Of a stretch of 64,000 nucleotides of DNA, positions 41,221-63,346 are shown piece by piece. Within the stretch, counting starts at the first letter, position 1, and every line of letters begins with the position of its first letter. The position numbers and the translations under genes are program-made. The notes under the pieces were generated by a model that saw only the letters and a program-made list of their open reading frames with translations, was not told the origin of the DNA and did not search any database. The stretch lies in NCBI RefSeq assembly GCF_009914755.1, contig NC_060931.1, one strand, 5' to 3'. Origin of the DNA: the human T2T-CHM13v2.0 reference genome, Homo sapiens.

Positions 41221-41758
41221 ACCAAAATCTTGATGATCAGAGAAAGTAGTTCACACAAGCCCCCTCTCCTCTCACAGGCTGGCTTCTCCCCACCACCCGC
41301 CACAATACTTCCCAGCATAAGTCCCTCTGAAAGTTAACAAATATTAACCAGAGAGAGATTAATTAACTGGTTGACAGTATTTCAGGATCCTGTGAGTGAC
41401 AAAGGAAGGGGTAGAAGCCTCTAGAATTGTCTATCATTTGTGACACAAAGTTTGTGCTCAATAAATATTTATTGACTTGGTACCTAGGATGCCAAAAGTT
41501 TCCTATGTCTTTTGGTCTGTCACATAAAAGTCATAGAACCCCTAATCTCTGAGAAAGATCACTTAAAGAAAAATCTTTCATTCATTCAGAACTAAAAAAT
41601 TCATTTCTTTTACTCACTCCCTCAAACTCGAAAGCCACATAAAACTCTGCATTTGCAGTCTTCCAGGAAGTGTACCCCCAAGGAATTATATGTTTCTGAA
41701 AGTGTGGTTTGACCCCTGCAAATGGATTCTTTAGGGTGGTATTTAAAAATGCAGATCC

Positions 41759-43155
<1,397 letters not shown>

Positions 43156-44564
43156 CTCCATACACTTTAAATGGGTACATTTTATTGTATGTAAATCATA
43201 CCTCAATAAAATTGATTTTAAAAAGTTTTAAAAAGTAGAACAGTAAATAGTATACAAATTAAGAATTTTCCATCATAGAATGTTTAAATAAATGTACACA
43301 CATTAGGAGTACATGCTCAAAACATTCTCTGCTGATAGGCATGCGGGATCAAAATGTTAGGAAACGATTTCCCTTAGATGACCTCTTTTAGCTTGATTTT
43401 CTAAATTGGTCTAAAACATATTAAAATATCTTCCCAGTGCCAGGAGTGGTGGTACACATCTGTAATCCCACCTATTCAGGAGGCTGGGGAAGGAGGGTGG
43501 CTTGAGCTCGGGAGTTTTAGATCAGCCTAAGCAAAATATTGAGACCCCCGTCTCTATTTTAATAAATAAATAAGTAAATACAAAATAATACATAAAAAAT
43601 AATAAAATACTATCTCTTCCCTGTATGGGAAATAGAGAAAAGATCATGAAATAAGTCTCCCCTCTCTCCTCCCAACCTGAGACCAGCTCCCCTGCTGCAA
43701 TTTGGTTGAAGTGATTTCTCACTGGGCCTGAAATCCTAGGTGCTCCTGAAACCTTTTACCCCTTTTTCACCTCTATGTTACTATGGCTTCTTCTGTTCCA
43801 AAGTAGCCGCAGGAAAAGCTCGCAGATACCTGGTTTGGAAGTAAATACAGGCAGAAGCAGTAAGCAAATTAGAACCATTTAATGGATGGAAAAATATATC
43901 TACTTATTTTAAATGTGTAATTTTGCCATCTCTGCATTATGTAAAAAGTAGAAAATATTGTGTTATCACATGCTTCATTTGTCACTATTTAAGATTTTAT
44001 CATGGTTCACAATATTACAATGTCATAATGTTTGTTAGCTTAATTTCTAAAGAAAATTGCAGACACCGAGAGTCAAATTTGATCAAATTAAAAATTTGAG
44101 ATGTAGTGTTTGTGAAAAGAGAACAAAAATTCCCAAATGATTCTTACAGGGTGCACCCTTTTGTGTCACGATGTTGCAGAAAACAGCATGTCTCTAAGGC
44201 CACCAGTCTGACAATAACATGACTCCATGGACAGTGCAGAATTAGTTACAGAAGGAACTTCAGGAAGATTTCTCCTAGATGAATACGCCCACACAAACAA
44301 CACAGAACATGCAAGAGTAAAATGCAAATCATTTTTCCTTAGTGAAAGAAGCAGACACAAAAGGCCACATATTATTAGATCCCATTTACAGGAAATGTCC
44401 AGAATTGGAAAACAAACAAAAAGTAGGTTAGAGATCGCCAGGGGCTGAGGAAAGGGGAGAATGAGGACTGGTTCCTGATGGTTGTGGGGTTTCTCTTTGG
44501 GGTGATGAAAATGTTCTGGAATTCCAATAGTGGTAACAGTTGCACAACATCATGAATATACTTA

Positions 44565-45500
<936 letters not shown>

Positions 45501-45684
45501 CCACAGTGATACAATTTCACATTCCTTGTATTGGCACAAATTTTTAAAAGCTGACGATACCACTTGGCCACTATGTGAGGCAAGGGAAGGCTCTTATTCT
45601 TCTGGTGGGAGTATAACTTGGCAAACACACTTCGGAAAACAATTTGGCATTATCACATAAAACTTTAAGAATCAAAATTCCACT

Positions 45685-47323
45685 CTCCCTCTCCCCACGG
45701 TCTCCCTCTCCCTCTCTTTCCACGGTCTCCCTCTCCCTCTCTTTCCACGGTCTCCCTCTCCCTCTCTTTCCACGGTCTCCCTCTCCCTCTCTTTCCACCG
45801 TCTCCCTCTGATGCGGAGCCGAGGCTGGACTGTACTGCTGCCATCTCGGCTCACTGCAACCTCCCTGCCTGATTCTCCTGCCTCAGCCTGCCGAGTGCCT
45901 GCGATTGCAGGCGTGTGCCGCCACGCCTGACTGGTTTTCGTATTTTTTTGGTGGAGACGGGGTTTCGCTGTGTTGGCCCGGCTGGTCTCCAGCTCCTAAC
46001 CGCGAGTGATCCGCCAGCCTCGGCCTCCCGAGGTGCCGGGATGGCAGACGGAGTCTTGCTCACTCAGTGCTCAATCTTGCCCAGGCTGGAGTGCAGTGGT
46101 GTGATCTCGGCTAGCTACAACCTCCACCTCCCAGCCGCCTGCCTTGGCCTCCCAAAGTGCCGAGATCGCAGCCTCTGCCCTGCCGCCACCCCGTCTGGGA
46201 AGTGAGGAGCGTCTCTGCCTGGCCGCCCATCGTCTGGGATGTGAGCAGCCCCTCTGCTCGGCTGCCCAGTCTGGGAAGTGAGGAGCGCCTCTTCCCGGCC
46301 GCCATCCCGTCTAGGAAGTGAGGAGCGTCTCTGCCAGGCCGCCCATCGTCTGAGATGCGGGGAGCGCCTCTGCCCTGCCGCCCCGTCTGGGATGTGAGGA
46401 GCGCCTTTGCCCGGCCGCGACCCCGTCTGGGAGGTGAGGAGCGTCTCTGCCCGGCTGCACTGTCTGAGAAGTGAGGAGCCCCTCCGCCCGGCAGCCGCCC
46501 CGTCTGAGAAGTGAGGAGCCCCTCCGCCCGGCAGCCGCCCCGTCTGAGAAATGAGAAGCCCCTCCGCCCGGCAGCCGCCCCGTCTGGGAAGTGAGGAGCG
46601 TCTCCGACCGGCAGCCACTCCGTCAGGGAGGGAGGTGGGGGTCAGCCCGCGCCCGGCCAGCCCGCGCCCGGCCAGCCGCCCCGCCCGGGAGGGAGGTGGG
46701 AGTCAGTCCCTGCCCGGCCGCCGCCCTGTCCGGAGGGTGGGGGGCGCCTCTGCCCAGCCGCCCCTTCTGGGAAGTGAGGAGCCCCTCAGCCCGGCCACCA
46801 CCCCGTCTGGGAGGTGTACCCAACAGCTCATTGAGAACGGGCCATGATGACGATGGCGGTTTTGTGGAATAGAAAAGGGGGAAAGGTGGGGAAATGATAG
46901 AGAAATCGGATTGTTACTGTGTCTGTGTAGAAAGTAGACATGGGAGACTTCATTTTGTTCTGTACTAAGAAAAATTCTTCTGCCTTGGGATGCTGTTGAT
47001 CTATGACCTTACCCCCAACCCTGTGCTCTCTGAAACATGTGCTGTGTCCACTCAGGGTTAAATGGATTAAGGGCGGTGCAAGATGTGCTTTGTTAAACAG
47101 ATGCTTGAAGGCAGCAGACTCGTTAAGAGTCATCACCACTCCCTAATCTCAAGTACCCAGGGACACAAACACTGCGGAAGGCAGCAGGGTCCTCTGCCTA
47201 GGAAAACCAGAGACATTTGTTCACTTGTTTATCTGCTGACCTTCCCTCCACTATTGTCCTATGACCCTGCTAAATCCCCCTCTGTGAGAAACACCCAAGA
47301 ATGATCAATAAAAAAAAAAAAAA
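45685..47323 (+). mobile_element. SVA retrotransposon (~1.64 kb; probably subfamily B-D), antisense to ZC3HAV1 in intron 1
   Basis: CCCTCT-type 5' repeats, Alu-like region, GC-rich VNTR, SINE-R, AATAAA/polyA; TSD AATCAAAATTCCACT 45670-45684 and 47324-47338. Confidence 0.96.
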
Positions 47324-47444
47324 AATCAAAATTCCACTACTAGATCTCTAGGGAAACTCATGTACATGTACACAAAGAAGCATATACCAAAATGTTCAAA
47401 GCATAATGGTTTAATAGCAAATACTTAAAACAATATCAATTTTA

Positions 47445-48681
<1,237 letters not shown>

Positions 48682-49702
48682 AGGAAAAAAATTTTTTTTG
48701 AATTCAAATAATGACTATTTCAAAGCCTTCCGACTGGCATAAGCCAAAAAAGTCTGATAACACCAAGCATTAATTGGCCAGAAAATGAGGAAACTGGGAC
48801 ACTCAGACATATAAGTATAAATTGGCACAGCCACCTTTATACTAATTCGTCAGAATCTGGAAAAGTTGAAGCTATGTAACAATTCAAACCAACAATTCCA
48901 CTTCCTAATGATCTACCCTGGAAAAGCTCTAACCATGAGCACCAGGAAACACTTGCACGTAAATTCTTGGCAGCACGATTTGGTATAACAAAAACCTGGA
49001 AATATACTATATATCCATTACTGGGGGGAATAGGTAACTGAACTGTGGTATAAATCCTATGATGAAATACTTTTCAACTGTTAAAATGAATAAACTAGGT
49101 CCTTGTGTAGCAATATGAATAGATCTCCAAAACACAGCATTGAATAAAAATTCTAAAACACATAAAATACTACATTTTGTATATGGATGCAAACATATAC
49201 AAGAGGAAATTATAAAATCATGGAAGGACAAGATACACACCAAAATCATGATTGAAGCTGCTTCTTAGGAAAGGGAAATGAGACTGGGGATGAGAAAAAA
49301 ATAACCTTAGGTCTGTTATGATTGTTTACTATATTTTAAAAGAGGAGCAAAACTGAAAAATGTGAACACTTATTTATCCCAGGAGGTGAGTTATAACTTT
49401 TATGGGTTCAGAATAAATATTCTCTGATGCTTGCGTTTTTCAGTATTCTATTCAACTTGCGAAACAGTCAACTAGTCCTCTTCCCATCTACCCACCCCCA
49501 CCCAAAATGTGAATTAACCGAAAAGGAAAGACATACAAACAGGAAAGAACCCAGAGGAAACACCCACATCGGCAAAAACCGCAAAGCAAGGTAAAGACCC
49601 TTAGGCAGCCTGCTTGAAACAGTTAACAGAAATCATGCAGGCAAAATAAATTTTTGAATTAATAACTTCATATAGTTACTGGACAATGTAAGTAGCTAGT
49701 TA

Positions 49703-50508
<806 letters not shown>

Positions 50509-51580
50509 GGAAGTCATGCAGATCTAGGTTCAAATACCAATCCTGCCAGCTTCTAGTTATGTTACTTTCAGTAGATTTCTGAAAGGCTCCATGCCCGAGT
50601 TTCCTACAATAAGGATGGGACTTAAAATACTACCTTAGGAGCTATCCTAAAGACTAACCTGGATATCATCTCCAAAGTGCTTATCATAGTGGTTGGCACA
50701 TAGTTATTTGTTCGATAAATAGTGATTATTTTTGCATCAGAAGTGGGATTAGAACTCCATGTGTGGGCATATATTTCAGCAAAGCAAATAGAAATATCCA
50801 AACCGATTCACCAAAACAATTATCCAACATTGAAGCAAGCCCTGTTGTCAACTAAAATGTATCACTAAAAACATTGCAAAAGAAAAGACAGGAACTACAG
50901 AATAGACAGGATAAATCCTATCTATAAATAATAGTACCACAGACAAAATTTTATACACCCAGCACAATGCAAATCGTCCCCCTGTAAACAGAGACCAGTT
51001 TAGTGAACTGAATAGTAATGTCAAGATGGGTATCAATTAGTTAACAGACCCCATTAACTGGTAATCTACAAAGAAAGTTCTTAAACTCACAAGTGGCAAG
51101 TTTTGGAAGACAAGGTTTTATTACTCGCTAAGAGGAGAATATTTTTAAAACATAAGTAGGGAGGAAAAAAACATGTTTTCTAGGACCCGAGGACAAAAAA
51201 AAAATTCTCCCAGAGGTCCTTATTACAACACTTTATACATTAATAGATTAAAAGTTTGTAATTCCCAAATTCAAAAGTGATATAAAACGAAATTAAAAAT
51301 ATGGCTCTGCCAATAAATGTTAGGAAATAAGATTTTATCACTCTACTAAAAAAAATAAACTTTATTGACTTCTCTGGAGGGTCCATCCAAATTTAGATAG
51401 ACCAAATAATCCCTATATTATATATATTCTTATAAAAGTGGAGGTTAACAACCCAATTAACGAGTTTAAAACAGTTTTGCTGTTTCAAACCAGGGAAAAA
51501 TATACCATAATAAACTTCATAAAACTAAAATTTCTAAGCATATTGCCTACAACAAATTGAAACAAAGTATTTAAATGTTA

Positions 51581-51900
<320 letters not shown>

Positions 51901-52738
51901 ATCTTTTTTTAAAAGGATTATGTCTATGTATCCTTTTCCCTGAAAATAAAAGTTGGATTTATAAGACAATCAGGGAAATTTGAATACCAACTGGACAATA
52001 GATGATATTAAAATTGTAATTTTTTTTACAAAAATGTGATCATTGTACTGTATTATGTTAATAAAACATAGTTCTTATGTTTTAGAGATACTAAAGTACT
52101 TAGCAATCAAATGGTTGCTGAGATTTGCTTTAAAATAACACATTGGAGTTGGGGACACATGGGGAATAGGGAGAATAAATGAAACAAAACTGGCCATATT
52201 TTCAAAACTGTTGAAATGATGGGTACAAGGGGCTTCATCATTTTTTTTCTCTCTACTTTTGAGTATGTTGAAAATATCCATAGTAAGAAATAAAAAAATA
52301 AAAAGCATATGTATTTCATACTAAAAATCAACACTAGTTGGTGAAGAATTTGTCATAATAGAAAAGATAAGAACAGAAAAAACATAACAAAGCCTTCCAA
52401 CCATGTTATTTGGTGTAGTGCTAGAACATGCTAGAATGTTCCTTCCTTTTCTATCCTCCACCCTCTGCTCTCTTCTCCTTCTCAGAGATTTCTTCAGTGA
52501 CCAGCAATGACTTAGATGATTTCCTCGATACCCATAACTCCCAGCAACTCAGAAACAACCTTCAAATTGTTGCCCCACAACATATTAAAGAAAATTTTAA
52601 ATAAAGGAACACATTCAAGCACTTTTTAAAAACGTTAGAGTGAGCTGAAAGGGTTTTTGCTCTAAAGAAATTTTTAAAAAAATATATTGCGTCCTCTACC
52701 TCATCCATCTAAAACACTTACCTTTGTGTGTTTTATTA

Positions 52739-53202
<464 letters not shown>

Positions 53203-54303
53203 TCATTAATTCAACAAGGCGTTCATTCAGTTCATTCAGAAATTAGATGGGAAGGCAGAATCCGCCAAGAAGGGAAAGAGACTTCACAAAAAGGACTTGG
53301 TGATGACAGATTGTGAGGAGGATTAAAACCCTGCCTGGGGGAAAAGATGAGTTTGACTCCATGGACAGGACACACGCGGGAGAGGAAGGGCTTGGGATCA
53401 AGGGAAAGGCCTGGGCAGCGAATGTGGACCTGGAAGCCATCTTTTTAGATGTGCAGCTGTCCTCGAGGGAGCAAGCTCTCTTAGGGAGAAACTGGGAAGA
53501 AAATCACTCAAGAGTCTTAACCCAAACCTTGCAGCGCATCTGCATTTAGACGAAAAAAAAAAAAGGCAAACGGAAACAACAGAAGCAGTGGCCCGAGACG
53601 TGAGCCACACTGCTTCAAAGGGATTTAAGAGAGTTGTCCCAAGGCAGGCGGTCAACTGCGCTCGCCACCGTAGAGAGACCACCCGGAGGGAAGGCCCGCG
53701 GCTGCTACAACTTCAGGAACCTGGAAAAGGGCCACCCCTGCTACGCGCCAGGCATCAGAAAAGCGGTGATGAGGGGCATGGGGGTGACCGGGAAGGGAGG
53801 GACAAGCAGAGAGACCTGCGGCTCGCTCCGGCGGAGACGGACCGGGGGCCCAGGGCGGCTGGGTTACTGGCTCCGCCACGTCTAGGGAAGGAGGTAGTAG
53901 GGAGGGAAAGACTCAAGATACCAAAGACGGGAGGCTCTTTCCTTCCTTCCCAAACCTGCCTACCGCTTCTCTAGGCCCTGGCTGGCTCCAGAGCACTTTA
54001 TTCTTCTGATTCGTGCGGGCGGGCGGGGAAAGGGGTGGAGGTTGAGCCTGGTCTCCTCCAGGCACTAGCATTTTAGCCATTCTCGAGAAAATGTCTGGAG
54101 GTGCCGGAAGGAAGGGAACTGCAAAGGTAGAAGCGCGGGCCCTGCAGAGGCTCCCAGAGGGGAGCAGAGAAGGGAGTGGCTGGAGGCGGAGGCTGTCAGG
54201 TGCGGGGTCCCCGCGAAGCCGTGCCCCTCCCAGAACATTGCCCGCCTGGACAGTCCACCCCGACCACGGCTGCGGACAGCGCCCCTCCCTCCGGGTGCAC
54301 TCA

Positions 54304-54711
<408 letters not shown>

Positions 54712-55023
54712 CTACTGCTGGGCGCGCCCGGAGTCAGCGAGGGCGCGCTCTCCGTCGCCGTTAGCCCAGCCCAGCGATCCACTCTCGGCTCTCAGGTCAA
54801 GAGGCTAGATCTCACCGACCGGGTCCTAGTGGCAGGTTTACAGCCGGCCGCAAGGGCAACTGGGTGGAAAGAAAGAGAACGCGCGGGCAAATCTGCTGGT
54901 GACCGCCTGGGGTGGCCCCCTCTCGGTTCTAGGCTCGGCGAGGGTGAGGTTCTCCAGCCGGGCTCCGCGAGCCTTCTTTAGAAAGAAGAGAAACTAAAAG
55001 CGATCTTGGGGCTCTGGCCGGTG

Positions 55024-55030
55024 TTTTATA
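55024..55030 (-). promoter_or_regulatory. TATA box (TATAAAA); implied TSS ~54995-55000
   Basis: Plus TTTTATA; no upstream ATG seen between ~55000 and the start codon. Confidence 0.6.
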
Positions 55031-55569
55031 AGCCAGCCGACTGAGGCGTGTGACGCAAGTCCTGAGAGCCCTGTTGAGGAGTGCGCACCCCACCCATTCC
55101 CGGAAAGAGCAGACCCTAGCGAGCGCTTCCTGCGAGCCGTGCGCTCTGCCTCTGTTGGTAGTGAATCTTCCCAGCAACTCCACATGGTAGATATTATTAT
55201 CCTCACCCTGAACTTGAGGAAGTAACTTGCACGAACACGCACTGGCATCAAGCGGAGCCCAGATGCCACCGAGTTTCCCCAAATCGCGTCCCCAGGCCCC
55301 AGATCGTGGTACCCCAGGCCCCGATGTGCAAGTTTCTCCTCCACCACCGTGCCCTCTTAAAGAACAACGATTGCCACTCTCCCTCGTTTCTGCCTTCTCA
55401 CGAACTTTTGGACAAACCACTTCTTGACATGGTCTTGCTTACCTAGAATCGCTAACTCGGTGCCCTGAACCACTGCTTGTACCTCAATCACGGTGGACAT
55501 GCTAAGACATATCCCAAGATTTCAGATCGGTTCCTCCCCGTAGAGATTGGGACAAGAACTTTTCCACCG

Positions 55570-56342
<773 letters not shown>

Positions 56343-56942
56343 TCTTCAAATAAAATAGATGGGTCATTTGATCAGATAAGAAATACATCTTTTTAAAAAA
56401 TAATAGATTCTGGTTGCTAACTTAGAAATTCTTCAAAATGATTAATGAGAATTCTCCTCAGTTTTGTCATTCATGGTATATAAACCCTCTTTCAGGAATA
56501 GAGTACTTTGTTATGAAAACCAGCCAAACATGGGGGCCACATAGGATCATCTTAGGATGTCTAAGAGGGACATCTTGTTCCCTCTAGTTGCTGCTTCTAT
56601 AGTTGTCTTTTAATCCACTTGGCCTTATTTGTGGTCTGACAGGTTCCCAGGGACCTTTTATTATCAAATCAACTAAGTTCTAGATGTTTATTGACTATCT
56701 TCTATGTGGTATTTACATTAGTTAGTAATGTAAGGACATGCAGAAGTTTAAAAAACAGTCCCTGCACTCAAGGAGCATGTATGCGAAGACATGAAAAAAT
56801 GCATGGAAATATAAGCAAATTCATGGGTAAATGCCACAATGGGAATATAGAAGATGAGAGACTGAAGAGTCTAGTTTGGCTACAGTGGTTGGGAGTACAG
56901 ACATAGAATCTCCTCCAATTTGAAGCCATGAAAAATGATTTA

Positions 56943-57704
<762 letters not shown>

Positions 57705-58940
57705 CTATCAGACTTTTGTGCGGACCTAACAAAGTCTCTGCCAGCCCAATGAGGAGCTCTGGAGTAGGAGTCCAGCTTTGGACAGAAAAGGCTAGGCCCT
57801 TGTACTGCCTTGCTCAGTCACCGGTGGGGGCCACCAGAGAAGTGGATGACTTCAGCTCGAATGCTGGGGCAGATCTTGAAAGAGCTAAAGCTGGAGGATA
57901 TTGGCTAAACATGCTCCTCAAAGCTGGGCTGCAAGCTTGACCTGAGTGCCACCCTGTGTCAGCTGTAGTCCACCCTTTGTACTACATGGCTTTCTTTATC
58001 CATTTGTATTTAGGGAACAGGCTTTTCAGGGTCACTCTTCCTACAAGGAAGCTTACCAGAGAGAAATTAGTGGAATGAACTATAGTCCTTGTCACTGCAG
58101 TTGGTCTCAAGGCCACAGCTGGTGGTCTGGTCCTCATCATATCCCTCTACCACTATCCATTCCAATCCCTCTCACCCTTGGCCACCACCTCAGCTGCTCT
58201 CAGTAGCTTAATCTGGTCGGGTGCCCTATTTGAAAGTGGTCTGAGCACATCTCAGTCCCAGCTGGGCAAAGGATTACCAAGAGACACCAAAATAGGTCAC
58301 CAGAATTCCATACATATTCCACCTGCCCACATTGTGTAACAACAGCCACACCTCCTGCTGACCAGCAACAGTTACCTCGAATAAGATGGCCATTCCCTTT
58401 CTTACTTGCTAGTCTCTGACCATTAGGAGGCCAAAGTACCTGGTGACAGCCATCACAGTAGTCCAGTGGGATCTCTGTGGTATCTCCAGGCAAGAGTGTG
58501 CCCCTTTGGGGAACCAAGACCTATAACTCTGCAGAGCCCAGCATTGCTGGGAGAGGAAATTGCAGGGGGTCATTGGAATTATACTAAGTAGGGCCACTCA
58601 GGCTTACCCATTCTTTCCAGACTCATGTATGGACACAGTACCATACTAACTTGACCGATTCAAGGCATATACCACGATGTTCTGGAGTCTGTGTCATCAT
58701 TGTAGGGTATCAGCTCCATTCTGGTGCTTGACTCCATCTTTAACTAGCCATTCCAATACTTCATCCTATAGCTACTGGGTGGTGAAGTGTATGATAGGAC
58801 CATGGATAGTACCATGTTCATGGGTTCATTCCCTCCACTTTCTGTGCCATGAAAAGATTCACCTGATAAGATGCTATGTTAAGTGTGATTCCATGTCTGT
58901 GGATCGGGCAATCTTTAAGTCTCCAGAAAGTGGTGCTACT

Positions 58941-59241
<301 letters not shown>

Positions 59242-61819
59242 CTACTACTGAGGCTCTGCAGGGAGGAAGGGCAACCCCAAATCCAGAATAACTGCCTCTT
59301 CTTGTGAGAACCACCGATGGTTCTGCCAGGACAAAAGGGGCCCGATGCAGTCTACTGGTCCCCAAGTAGTCTATTGGTCTCCTTAAGGAATAGAGCTTAG
59401 CATTGGTCTTTATGGCTGGCAGATCAGACACTCAGAGGTGGCAGTAGCTGTGTTTATTTTGGCAAATGATAATCTATGCTGTTAGGTTCTTGCATCGCTT
59501 CCATCTCCTGGCCACCATGGCCTCTTTGAGCAGCAGTGGGGGAGGGGGCCTGTCACTAAGCCTGGCCAACATTAACTGGCCAAGTTATTTTGTGTAGTTG
59601 GCACATCTTTTGTGGGTCTTAATGTGATATGAACTGCCCACTTCCATACATCTATTCATATGCTTCCTTTTACTTTTAGGCTCCCAAACTCCCAGCCAGG
59701 CCACCATCACTGCCCATGAGACCATGTATGTTCTAACCCTAGGCCATACTCCTTCCATACGAAGTGATGACTAGGTACACTCTCAAAGCTCCTCCCGCTG
59801 GGGAGATTTTCCCTTACCACTGTTTTTCAAGGACTTCCCTGAGTGAGACTGTAATATAGCTGCCATGCATTTTCAGCTTGTACCCACATATTAAGCTAGC
59901 CCATCCTTAACGCAAACTTGGTCTTTTTCCCTCCTCCTTTAGCTGGTTATATGGGACCCCCTCACATGACCACAGGTGAGGCTGGGGGAGGGGTGCTGGT
60001 GCAACCGTAGTGAATGACATGGAAATCTGGGCTAATTGCTCATGCAGCTTGAGTGTGCGTGTGCCCTCTGGTCCCACTTGTGTTCAGTCCCAGATGTACC
60101 AGTTTTATCCTATGATGGCTTTGATACTGACCCGCCCTGACCTTATCACTTGGTGTGTCTAACAGGACGTAGCTGATGGCAGCCAGTTTTGAATCCATGA
60201 TCACTTGGTGTCTCCACCAGGGCCCAGTAGAAAGTAGGAGCTGTTTTCTGAAAGGAGTGTAATCCTTCACTGCAGTTGGCATGACCTTGTTACACTATCC
60301 AAGGAGTCTGCATTGTGATTCCTCTATTGGGACTCACCATAAATGCCATACTACATCTTTTTCCATCACTGACATCTCCAACATGAGAAGCTGTGCCAGA
60401 TTTTACAGTCCACTCAAAAGGGCTGCTTGTGTCACAGCCTGGAGAGCTCTTTCCTGTTCTGAGCCTCACTCAAAGCTGGCAATCTCTGTGTAACCCAGTA
60501 TATGCGCAGCAGCAGTATTCTTAGGTGTGAAATGTGTTTTGTCAAGAACCCAAAGATTCCTAACAGACTTTGTGCTTCCTTCTTTCCAATAAATATAAAT
60601 GATGCAACAATTTTTCTTTTGCCTTGGAAGGAATGTCCCAGCACACTGGTGACCATTGGACCTTTCAAATCGTTAGTGAAGTGGCAGGTCACCGTATCTT
60701 TGTAGGATTTATTTCCCACTCTCAGGAGCACATGTGTCATACCAAGGCCTCTACCATGCTCTTCACCTCTTTCTCATCCTGCTAGAGCAGCATGACATCC
60801 TCGATGTGATGGATCAATGTGATGTTACGTGAGATGTCCAAATGCTCCAGTTCTCTTTGGACTAGATTACGGCAGAGGACTGAAAAGGAACATAGCCCTG
60901 TGGCAAAACTGTAAAGGCTTGTTGCTATGCATTCCATATGAATATGAACTCTTTCTGATCCTCTTTCTTGATTGCAATAGAAAAGAATGCATTCACCAGA
61001 TCAATGGCCTCAAACCACTTCAAACTGCATAAATCTGCTCTGGCAAAGATGCTATATCCAGTACAGAGCTACTACTTCCTTGCGGTAGTCTGAAGTCATT
61101 CTCTAGGAACCATCCCATTGCTGCAGGGTCCACACTGGCAAATTAAACAGAAACATGACAGGGACCATGCTTCTTCATCCTTTAGATATTTAAGAGTGGC
61201 ACTAATATCTGCCATCCTCCTCACCCTAGACTGCAATGCTATTTTGTAGTTACCACATTGGCTGGGGTGGGGGACAGTTTCAGATACTTCCACTTAGCCT
61301 TCCCTACTGTGATAGCTCCCACTCTACAAAACCAGGATGAATGTGAGAGTTAGCCCAATTCCCAAGTGTGGCAATCCTAACCATATATTTGGGGATTAGG
61401 AGAAGGACGATTGGTGGGTTCATGGACCCAGAGAACCCACTGTAAGCTGGAACTCAGTCAGGACTCCATTTGCTCCCACTCTAACATGGAAGCGATGAGA
61501 ATGCTTCAGTTCTCTGGGCATCAGTTGACCTCTGACCTTGTACCCAACAGTCACCAAAATGTCTGCATATTCCCCCATCCCGTGTTCCATCACTGGAATA
61601 AATATTGTAGATCTCTTTAGGGGAAGAATCAGAGGAACTGTGACAATACTTTCTTGCCACAGTGTTACAGGTCCTTCATCTTGGTGACTTGGCCACCACT
61701 TCACTCAGTGGGTTCTGAGTCTGAACATTGGTTCAGGAATGGAAACCAGGCAAGGAAATGTTTTCCTCATTGTCCTGCTTATTAATTCTTTTATTTTAGA
61801 TTATACATGTGAAGCACGA

Positions 61820-62587
<768 letters not shown>

Positions 62588-63346
62588 ACTTTTTGACTAC
62601 CCACGCGTCTATGTTCTTCCTAGAGAAACTGTGTGCTATTTACAATCCCTACAACTCCCTAAAAGTCAGGTCCTGTTAGCTGCCACTCTGATTTTGTCAT
62701 TCCGCCCTTAAGTGCCATCATTCTGGTGTCCAGTGCATCAGGAGCCCATCATCTTCATTGCTATCAGTGAGCCAAGTTCCAGGACAGCCCCTCCTTCCAT
62801 CAACTATGTTCTACTGGGGAAAGCACCACTGAACTTATTAGCGACGTTGCTGTCCCTCTCACCAATGCGTTCCCTATGGCCTTGATGAATATGGCTCCTT
62901 GAGCGATCCTATGGGACATAATCCCCGGGTGGCTGTTCTGGCCTAACCTTACATCTATTTCAGCATGTCCCCTTTTCTGAGTCTTTTAATCCTTTCCTCT
63001 ACTGCCTGACATAGCAATTTAGGCACTTCAGACTCACTCTTCATGAATCAGCACTTTTCCAGGATTCAGGGAGCCAACCTAGCAGCAATTTTGTACCATC
63101 CCCTGGTTCTTATCAGGATGCTCAACCTCGTATCCTGAGATGTGCCCTTATGTCAATAAATTCTCCTGTATACAATCTCATATTATTCCAGCTCACTTGA
63201 CAGACCAGTTCTCTCAGAATGCTGAAGTTGGAAGTCAAAGTGTATGAAGTAAAGAAATAAAACAATTGAGTATAGAACATTCATTTTAGAGGATTGACAG
63301 GGAAGGGAAGGGAATGGGAAGGGAGGAGAAGAGAGGGAAAAGATTG

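Noticed and set aside
45685-45810. Regularly spaced repeats resembling a CRISPR-like array
   Set aside because: Contiguous tandem units without spacers; SVA 5' region in a primate genome
45571-47304. Multiple ORFs up to 167 aa
   Set aside because: SVA VNTR and SINE-R; non-coding
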